From Eledone cirrhosa (lineage: Eukaryota): 64,000 nt of DNA. Positions 54,601-64,000 of the stretch are shown in pieces. The stretch spans positions 196,292,001 through 196,356,000 of the forward strand of contig OZ024741.1 of assembly GCA_964016885.1 (NCBI GenBank). Direction: 5' to 3'. Position 1 is the stretch's first letter. Each line of letters begins with the position of its first letter. The position numbers were made by a program, and so were the translations under genes. Below the pieces are notes generated by a model. The model was not told where the DNA came from and did no database searches. It was given only the letters and a program-made list of their open reading frames with translations.

Positions 54601-54809
54601 TGACCACTCTAACACACGCAAACACACAATCATACCCTACATAAACATACACACTCACATACATCATTCACATACACGTGGCAATACACACACACACACC
54701 AATATACGAAAAAACAATAACATCACATACACTCACATGTGGTAATATACTCACACATATACCAACATAAAAATATAACAATTAAAACATCACATACACA
54801 CGCACACTG

Positions 54810-57050
54810 ATTCCAGTACAGGACCCAGCTTTCAGCTCCATAGAAGAGGGTAGTGATTACAACTGCTCTGTAGACTCAGATCTTTATGATGAGGCATAGA
54901 GAGTCACATACGTTTCTGAAAAAGTCCAAATGTATGTGAAATGCTCCACTACACTGAGGGGTGCCCATCGATGTTAATCTCTGGAAAGTAGTACTCTTCA
55001 TTTGCTGCCTTCTGGGACATGACTTCAGTTTTCTTGAGGCTGATGGTTAGGCCAAAGGCCTTGGCTGCTCGAGCAAAGCTGCTGACGGCTACCTGGAGAT
55101 CTCCTTGAGTGTGCGCCAGAAGGGCAGTCATTTGCAAACTGCAGGTCCAGGATCAACTCCTCCAGTGTTTTGGTGCAACCAAGAAGTTCTCACAAGTTGA
55201 ACACACTCCTATCAGTATGAAACCAGATGTAAATGCCCTCCCACAGATCTTTCTTTGCTTTGCAGAGCATCATACTGAAGATTGCAAATAGGGTTGGGGC
55301 AAGGACACAGCCTATTTCATGCCATTCTCAATGGGGAATTGATCAGAGAGACTACCATTGAGATTCATCTGTCCCTGCTGTCCTGTGTGGAGTTGCTGGA
55401 GCATGGCCAGGAATTTTGGCGGATATCCAAGTCTGCTGAAGATCTTCCACTGTCCATCCCTACTGACTGTATCAAATACCTTCGTCAGGTCAATGAAGGC
55501 AACGTACAGGGCCATCTTTTGTTCTCTACATTTTTTTTGTATCTGACAGAGGACAAATATCATGTGCATGGTGCCACAGAATCTACATTGGCTTTCTGCG
55601 AGGGCAGCTTCTACAATGGTTTGGATGAGTCTATTGAGCAGGACACAAGCTAGTTGAGAGTAACGTGAAGCCATGGTATTTTGAGCTGTCTGATTTTTGG
55701 CCTTTGTTCTTGTATAGAGATACTATCACAGCATTTCAGAGGTCTGTTGGTATCTCTTCCTTTGAGCAGCATTGTACAAACAGGTCTGTGAGCTGCCACC
55801 ATACTTATACACCTCAGCAGGAATACCATCAACACCAGGAGCCCTGTGTGTTGTCAGGCGGGTGCCTGCAGTCTTTACCTCCTCGAAGGAGGTGGTACAT
55901 CCAGCTCACTTTTGTCTTGCTGCTGTGAGATGTTGATCGAAGCATCTGCTACCAAGCAGGTTGCCATAGTGTTCAGTCCAGTGGTTCAGGATAGCTTTTT
56001 TTGTCTGTGAGCAGTGCTGATCCATCTGCTGAACAGAGAAGGGCTTGTGTTTGGTGAATGGGGCCATAGACTTCCATGAGTGCTTCATAGAAGGCTCTGG
56101 TTTTGTCAGTATCCACATAGTGTTATATTCCCTTGGCCTGTTCTGTCCACCAGTTATTTTGGATCTCTCTGAGCTTCCTCTGTAGGGTGCTGCAGGTTTT
56201 CCTGTATGTTGACATGTCTGACTAGCTATTCAAGTTCAATAGCATGTTTTGGTGTGCAGAGCATTTCTCGTTAATGAGCCTTTGGATCTCATCATCATTC
56301 TCATTGAACGAGTCTTTGTTTTTCCTTGTAAAGAACCACACCACTTCTTCTGTGTCCTGTAACGTCCTCTTCAGGTCTCGCCAAACACTCTCTGGTTGAT
56401 TGATTTTCTTGAATTGTATGCCTCTTTTCTTCACTGTGGGCTTGATTGTCAATCTGAGAGTTGATCGTACAAGCCGATGATCAGTGTAGCAGTCAGCACA
56501 ATTCTGGTATGCAGCACATCTTTCATATCTCTCTGGAAAACAAGGATATAATCCAATAGGTGCCAACGCTTGGCGCATGGGTGCCTCCATATTGTTTTGA
56601 ACCTGTTTTTTTTTTTTGCTAGAATAGGGTATTGGTGATGGTCAGGGAGTGTTCAGTACATAGCTCAAGTTGTCATTTAAGGTGCCTATCCCATATCATC
56701 CGAGCAGACCAGGCCAAGTGGCATGATCTCTACCAACCCTTGTGTTGAAATCGCCCATGATGACGATTTTGTCAGAGCTGTTGGTTTCCTGGATGAGTGA
56801 TCTCAGTTCACTGTAAAAGTGATTCTTTTGCAGTAGGGTCTACTTGCAGCATTGGGGCATAAACACTAATGGTGGCAAGGAACTGGTTGTCTTGCAAGGG
56901 AAGATGGGGGGGGGGGGCACCATCGGTCAGAGTGACCAACTAAGAGACTTTCGAGACGATTAGGGATGGTGTTTTTTATCATGAAACCAACTCTATAGGT
57001 CATACAATCTTTCAAGTGCAAAGAAGTTGTCTTGTGACACAAATTGAAAT
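54810..57050 (-). mobile_element. Old degenerate RTE LINE (further family)
   Basis: GDFN, ADCYTDHRLV, FIDLTKVFDTVSR, FGLTISLKKTEV, LFYGAESW remnants. Confidence 0.85.
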
Positions 57051-57265
57051 ATCCTCCCAACTCCATTTTTGACAAGCTTTCTATAGCTGGATGCCCTTCC
57101 TAATACCAACCACTTTACAGCATGCACTGAATGCTTTTATTATGTATAATACCAGCACTATGGAGGTTGTCATGTCCTTGACAACTGATGGGTCCTCCCA
57201 GCCATTTGTTTGGCAAGCTTTCAACTGCTGGATGCCCTTCCTATCACCAACCATATATTATATAT

Positions 57266-57296
<31 letters not shown>

Positions 57297-57336
57297 CATA
57301 CATACACACACACACAAAATAAAATCTATGTGTGTG

Positions 57337-57374
<38 letters not shown>

Positions 57375-57753
57375 GAGAGAGATTTATACACACACATACA
57401 TACATGTACACCCACATAAATTTTGAATAGACTTGAAAGGCCAACAATGTACATGATAAAAACGTGATTTTATTCTGAATTTTCAACCTAACAGATCCTC
57501 TTTGAACAGAACAAAACAGATTAGAAATGAAATAGATATGCAAATGATTTGACATGTCCTGTCACTGGTTAAAGGCCAAATGGGAGTGTAGTAGTATATG
57601 TGTGTGTGTGAATGCATAAATATACATGCATACATACATTCGTATAAGTATGCACATTTGTAAAAAAAAATTTTATCAAATATATAATGAAGGAAAATAA
57701 TGTATCTATTCAGCTGGAACTGAAAACAACCTTTTTGTTCAATCAAAACTGCA

Positions 57754-59350
57754 CAGTGAACTCTTTGAAATTCCAGTTTTAATATACAATGGTAATCTTA
57801 CATGGTCAACTGTTTCCTCAACCCCAGGGTTTTTTTCATTCAAAACATGTTCAAGATTCTTATGTAAAAGTGCCTACTATATATGTTGTTTTGGAGAAAA
57901 CATAACAGATTTTCTGATGGTTGATTGCTGAGGATTTTCCACAGTGGAATGAGCCATCCCAATGGCAGATTTCTTGGTACAAGAATTAGTTATTGGAAGA
58001 TGCTTCTTCTTTCTCTTGGTTTTGTTAAATAAATTTTGCAGTGGCTCTAGGTCAGCTGTGATTGCGCGAGTGATATGTAGGCTTCGTTCACTCAAGGGGT
58101 CGTATTCTTTGATCATATCCTTCAAAACTTCAGCCTGATGAAAAATCTCTGCAAACTTCTCCAGTGTCCACAGTGATGAATGGGCCTCCACTTCCTTAGT
58201 TTCACCTTCCTCTTCTGTTGATGATTTCAGGAGTTGCTCTGGGTCTTCATCAGTAATAACTTCTCGGTGTTGTTTCACATCTTCCGAAATCATGTTAGAC
58301 ACACCTTTCTCATCAACTTCTTTGGCAAGTTGCAAAATATCCTTCGTGTCTCCATCAATTGTAGGGAAGTCATTGACTGTCTCACTCCATGATGCCTTCC
58401 AGCAGGCACTGGCTATCTTCGGCTTTAGGGCATTGCTATGAATAAAGGTATGATTTGGTATTTTCTTCCAGAAAAGGCTCGTTTCATCACAGTTCATGAC
58501 TTGCTCTCGATGGTAGCCTTTTTCCTTGATAACTTTTTTTAGGTGTTCTGGGAATTCCAAAGTTGCTTTCATATCAGCCGATGCCGATTCACCAGTGATC
58601 TTGATATTCTTGAGGTTGTAACGCTGTATAAATCTATAAAGCCACCCCTTGCTAGCTTTAAACCTTTTTTTATCACTCTCAACTCCCTTACTTAAATGTT
58701 CATATAAGCTAAGTGCCTTTTCACGCAGTATGTTTCCGTCAACAGGGACACGTTTCTGCACCATAATCTCTAGCCATACATTTAATACTTTCTCAGTTTT
58801 TAAAAGCAATTCATCACGAACCTGAGACACCATTGTTGCTGTTGCAGGTGAGACATTAAAACTTTTGCGAATTTCATTCTCTCTCTGTTTTATTGCACGG
58901 ATACTAGACTCATTTTTCCCCCATTTTCGAGCTACTTTAACCACTGACATGGTTTTTAATTGATCCAACACTTGCAATTTTTTTTGAAGACTTAACACTT
59001 TTCTAGTCTTCTTGAGCTTTTCCTCATTACCCTTAGTGCTTACATCACCTAGCTTTTTTGGAGCCATTTCTCACACAAAAAGGTAACATAAAAACAATTA
59101 TTTGCAAACGTTGCAAACACAACACCTGTAGCAAGGAAGTTAGGAACTCTTTAATGTAACGGAAAAAAAAACAAATTATAAATAGCAGAAAACGTTAAGA
59201 GTTTTTCCCTTTACTGCAAAACAGGATGTTGGGAGTTTTACAGCTTTTTGGAATAAAAAAAACAAAAAAAAAAAAAACAAAGAAAGTTCTGACCGTATAT
59301 GCTCAAATCCACATAAAATGCTCAAATCCACATAAAATGCAAGTCCACTG
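57754..59350 (-). mobile_element. pogo/Tigger-like DNA transposon with degenerate TIRs
   Basis: CAGTGAACT at 57754 vs CAGTGGACT on the minus strand from 59350; encloses a transposase ORF. Confidence 0.6.
57877..59067 (-). CDS. Tigger/pogo transposase-derived ORF, 396 aa, intact DNA-binding region, internally deleted DDE core
   Basis: RKVLSLQKKLQVL (psq HTH), FKASKGWLYRF (CENP-B HTH), GESASAD, NCDETSLFWK, then a jump straight to ACWK. Confidence 0.8.
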   Translation of the reverse strand: MAPKKLGDVSTKGNEEKLKKTRKVLSLQKKLQVLDQLKTMSVVKVARKWGKNESSIRAIKQRENEIRKSFNVSPATATMVSQVRDELLLKTEKVLNVWLEIMVQKRVPVDGNILREKALSLYEHLSKGVESDKKRFKASKGWLYRFIQRYNLKNIKITGESASADMKATLEFPEHLKKVIKEKGYHREQVMNCDETSLFWKKIPNHTFIHSNALKPKIASACWKASWSETVNDFPTIDGDTKDILQLAKEVDEKGVSNMISEDVKQHREVITDEDPEQLLKSSTEEEGETKEVEAHSSLWTLEKFAEIFHQAEVLKDMIKEYDPLSERSLHITRAITADLEPLQNLFNKTKRKKKHLPITNSCTKKSAIGMAHSTVENPQQSTIRKSVMFSPKQHI

Positions 59351-59659
59351 TTTCTTTATTAAAAATGCAGCCACTGTGTTGTTGTTTAAGATGGAAGAGT
59401 GTTATTGTATCAGGTTTTTTTTTTTTATGAAAGAGTGTTTATAGGGAAATTTGGCTAAAATTTTTAGTAGAATAAGCAACTGCATCAATGCCTTGTTGTG
59501 ATGTAAAATAATAGATATTAAATAATAATAGAAATTATTAACAAATGATATGAATAATAATAATAATCCTTTAATTTTAAAGAAATGTAAGACATTTCCA
59601 ACCAATGAATATTTTTTAACCATCCATCTAACATTTTTTTTTTAAATAACAGTCTTCGA

Positions 59660-60105
59660 ATTTTTATGCTTTGAACATCAGAGATTCAGAATCTGCAAAA
59701 AAAAAAAAAATTAATCAGAAATTGATTTACAGCTGCAGTACATTTTGTGTGTGTATAAATATATTTGGTTTTGCACTTGAAGTGTATAAATATATTGTCT
59801 ACATTTGAAAGCATTAGTTTTTTTTCACTTTCTGAAAATTTAAAATGCTGTTTCAGTTTCAGATTGTTAAAGATGAAAACAATTACAAATGCAAACAAAA
59901 TATACTTATACACTTCAAATACAAATGAAATATATTCATACACTTCCAATGAAAACAAAATATATTTCTGCAGCTGTAAATATCCTAACCCTAATCAGTT
60001 TCTGATGAAAAACAAAACCTTTATTTTTCAGATTAAATACAAAAAAATAAATAAATAATAAACTGGCAGATTCTGAATCTCTGGTGCTCAAAACCTAAAA
60101 AATTT
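59660..60105. mobile_element. Foldback/MITE-like element with imperfect inverted arms
   Basis: CAGAGATTCAGAATCTGC (~59680) vs GCAGATTCTGAATCTCTG (~60066); inner arms ATCAGAAA..TTTACAGCTGCAG vs CTGCAGCTGTAAA..TTTCTGAT. Confidence 0.7.
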
Positions 60106-61007
60106 GTGGACAATTTAAAGAAAAAAGAAAAATTTAAGGAGTTTGGAAAACTGGTCCTATGAATCGGTCCTATGAATCATATGTGCTAACTTATGTTTGA
60201 CAGGGAACAAAGAGGATTTAATAAGTATAATGCAGCTAATGTAAGTATATCTACATATGTAACTGAAGCACACACAAATCATCCTACAAACCACTGTAAC
60301 TTGACCTATTATAAACAGTAGCCAAATTTGCATCAAATCACACCCAACATTCTAACATTAAAAAAACACACATTAAAGAAGGAGGGGTTTCAAACACATG
60401 GCCTATGAGTGGACACCAACTACTTTTCTATGGCCCACAGCAGAACAATTGTGTTTTCCTTGTTTTAATATCTATAGTACAATTTATTGCAATTTACCCA
60501 TGCAATACAATAAAAAAAAAACTGGAATTTATAAAAAGTGAAAATGGAAAGAAGGGGAATTTACCAAAAGTAACAATGGAATTAAGGAAGATTCAAAACA
60601 GAAAATTTGTTCCCCTACATTTTGTACTAATTCACATATCCCATTTACTAGCTTTTGGGTATTCATTTTGATAAAAATAAATAAATAACAGACTATCAGC
60701 TGTATTGCAGATTAACATTATAACAGGTGGAATTCACTTCCCTCATCCACATTTCACTTTTGGCCCACTGTGCCTCTTCCTCACGACATAATTACCCTTT
60801 TGAATCTGTAGTGTTGTGTTCATTTATTCTTTCACATGTCTCCTTCAGACTGCAGCAATGCTGGGGCACAGGGTTGAAGACATTTAGTCGATCATATCAA
60901 TTGTAGTACTTATTTCATTAAGTCTAGTACTTATCGATCACATTACATTGAATGGCTGTTAAGGGTCGTAAACAAACAGAAACAGATATATATATATATA
61001 TATATAT

Positions 61008-61125
61008 CTATGGGTGTCCTTTTACATCATGGATCACAGGCCTTGCGCACCAGGACTGAACAGAGTCTGATTCACCGCATTGGGTCCTATTCCCCTCTTG
61101 GACTGAACTCACCTCCCCAATTTCT
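61008..61125 (+). pseudogene. Possible GIY-YIG C-terminal fragment of another Penelope-like family
   Basis: LRTRTEQSLIHRIGSYSPLGLN resembles the R..E..I..L.T..P.GLN end of PLE endonucleases. Confidence 0.45.
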
Positions 61126-61566
61126 TTAATACCCCATCCATTATCACATGCGCTTGTACATTCCCCCCTAGATTCCTATAGCTCTCTCATGATCATAAAC
61201 ATATTCTCTTACAACTAATACAGACTGACAAAATATGCACACTCCACTGCTCTGTATACACACATACACACCCTTATATTAACATAATTTTGCTCATAGC
61301 TTCGTACTTACAAGCACACACACATTTCTTTTTAGTTTTGTACGGACGTATAATTACACACACACACTTACAAGTATAGCTCTTTTTACAAAACGTTTTT
61401 TTTTTTCCCATTTCAGGTAGACGCACACCATCATCCACTTTTCTAAAAAAATAAATCATACTAGCATCTGAAACGTTGAGACCCTCTTCCTGCTATTTCA
61501 AGCGTTAACCTAATATATTCCTTTCATATACTGTACTGATTATGTTGTTATTTCTGTTTACCTTTT

Positions 61567-62338
61567 ACATGTTGCATGGCAGTGAGACCTGGGCATTGTG
61601 TGCAGAGGATATACGCAGACTAGAGAGGAACGAAGCTTGCATGCTCCGCTGGATGTGTAACAGTAATATACGTGAACGGCAAAGCATAAACGAACTAAGG
61701 AAAAAATTAGAGATAAGAGGGATCAGATGTTGTTTACTCGAGAGAAGGCTACGTTGGTATGGACACGTGATGCGCATGAAAGTCGATAGCTGTATAACAA
61801 AGTGCAGGGCAATAAAGATAGACGGTAGCCACGGAATAGGCAGACCTAGAAAAACCTGGGACGAGCTGATAAACTCCGACCTCACACACTTACACCTCTC
61901 CAAGACAATGTCACTGGACCGAGACCTTTGGCGGTACTCAGTAACAGAGAAGACCCGCCTTGCCAGTAGGCATCTCTAACAAAATACGCCCCGTCCCACC
62001 ACCACCACCCCCACCCCATCCACACCACCCCGTCCTATGTAAAGTTATGTTGGTGCCGCGCCATCCAGGCCGAAACAAATGAGATCGTGTAGGTGTCACG
62101 ACAAAAAAACACACAGTCCACGCTGTAATGTGGCCGTGTAGGCAACACGGTAAAAACCTCCCAGACCCACACTGTAAATGTGGTTGGTGTTAGGAAGGGC
62201 ATCCAACTGTAGAAAACCTGCCAGACAGTCCTATGCGAGCAAGACAATCACTCTTGCCTCAAGTGGGAAAACCCCCGTCCAAACCCATGCAAGCGTGGAA
62301 CACGGACGTTAAACGTTGATGATGATGATGATGATGAT
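61567..62338 (+). mobile_element. RTE LINE family B 3' fragment
   Basis: [16 protein letters not shown]...; 3' UTR near-identical to 12191-12585. Confidence 0.93.
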
Positions 62339-62749
62339 ATGGGATGGGGGTAAAAGCTTTTTATCTTCAACTTAGTATGTTCTTCAAAATACATAACACT
62401 CTTAGTTAAATAATATGCAATACAGCTCTTTCTCTTTCATATTTTCTTATTCGTTCCATTCATTTATAAATGAGCTTTGGGCATATTTTTAGCAGCTCCT
62501 ATATGATCAGTGTCTGTGACTCCTCTCTCATTTTCAATTCCACTCACCCCCACTCATCACCATAGCTTGCTAGACCAATCAAAACACAGCAATGCAAATA
62601 TGTCTTAACTCTTAATTCATAGTCTATTTGCAATAAATACTACTACTAATATTGTTATGAATTTGGTTGTTTGTATAACAGATGGACTACAATGTTGGAG
62701 TAATTCTTAATATGAATATGAACCCATCATTCATTTCCAGGCGAACATG

Positions 62750-63928
62750 CAAACGCTCTTCTTTATCTCAGACACTCCCACTCCTCTCACTAAGTATTCA
62801 TTTTCCTATCCCTCTTATGGTGAACTCCAAAACTTCAGAGCTGCCACCATCAATGTAAGCATGATGAAAAGAAGATCAGGAGAGATTGTAGATATACTGG
62901 AGCAAAAGAAAGTTGATGTGTTGTGTACAAGAGACTAGATGGAGAGGAATATCAACTAGACTCCTTGTGGGCAAAAAAAAAAAAAAATGATACTACAAAT
63001 GTTTCTGGCTAAGTAAAGACAATGGGCCAGGTGGAGTAGATATGTTAGAAGAATGGGTAAATAAGGTAATTGCAATAAATAGAGCGAATGCCAGAATCAT
63101 TAACTTAGACTACTCCTAAATAGAACAGCTGTGACATATCTGCATATGGACATTAATCTGAACTGTCAGGCGAACTAAATAACAGGTTTTACCAATCCCT
63201 AATGCACACTACTTCCCTAACAAGTGACGGTGACTTCATCACCATTGCAGGGGGTCTAATATGCATGTTGGGCTATGATGGCTTCTGTGGAGTCCACAAA
63301 GGTTTTGAGTTTGGTGCAAGAAATGAGGAAGGTTCAAGGCTCATAGAATTTTGCAACAATAATGATCTATCATTCTATAACACAAACTTTAAAGAAGCAA
63401 ACAACACTTGATCACCTATAGATCAGGGCAGCACACCAGTCAAATAGATTTTATCCTCACAAGGTGAGAAAGAGTCATGATTGCAAACACAAAGTCCCTC
63501 TCTGGTGAGGAATACAGCTCCCAACATAACCTAGTAATTAGTGACTTTATAGTTAGGGCTAGATGAACTTGGAGACAAAAGGCAACCTATAGGAGAAGGA
63601 AATTGAAGTCCTACAGTAAGGAAGAACAAAGTGAGACATACAATATAGAGGAATATTAGGTATTCCTGAGAGATAATCTGCTGAAGGCAACAAACAAGAT
63701 CTGTGGCTGAAGCAGAACTCTTGGTGGTGGAACAGTAGGGTGGATGAGACAATTAAGGTCAAGAGACAGGCATGGAAACAATGGCAGAATGGGGGAAGCA
63801 GAGAACACTACTACCAACCTAGGAGAGAAGCTAGTCAACAAATATACTTTGCAAAGAGAGAAGCAGAAAATAAAAAAAATTGCAACCTGAGGACTAAAGA
63901 TGTGAGGAAGTCAGGATTATAAAGCAGT
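62750..63928 (+). pseudogene. Degenerate RTE endonuclease region
   Basis: RAATINV, GEIVDILE, GARNEEGSRLIEFC, QIDFIL remnants. Confidence 0.82.
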
Positions 63929-64000
63929 GTCATCATCATCATCGTTTAACGTCTATCTTCCACGCTAGCATGGGTTTAGACGGGAATTGTCTCACTTGAG
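63929..64000 (-). mobile_element. 3' tail of another B-type LINE/SINE running off the window
   Basis: (CAT)n CGTTTAACGTC..CCACGCTAGCATGGGTT. Confidence 0.7.

Overview
This is eukaryotic, repeat-saturated DNA, not prokaryotic. The SINE/LINE families, TA-microsatellite load and AT content suggest a cephalopod such as Octopus (inference). The only host gene I can support is an otubain (OTUB1-like deubiquitinase) on the minus strand, with three small GT-AG exons (51053-51151, 44021-44139, 25727-25811) that the ORF track misses; its other exons were not found here. The rest is probably intronic and filled with nested elements: several RTE LINE families, a CR1-group LINE, Penelope-like elements with inverted pseudo-LTRs, tRNA-derived SINEs, pogo and mariner relics, kb-long TA microsatellites and two minisatellites. 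Highlights: (1) an intact RTE whose 5' UTR and N-terminus are inverted between perfect 29-bp inverted repeats; (2) four hammerhead-ribozyme motifs, two of an atypical form; (3) module sharing among RTE 5' UTRs, SINE bodies and LINE 3' ends; (4) degenerate copies of an otubain splice acceptor. I found no clearly new multi-gene system. The long Y/I/M/C/H/T-rich ORFs are microsatellite artefacts.
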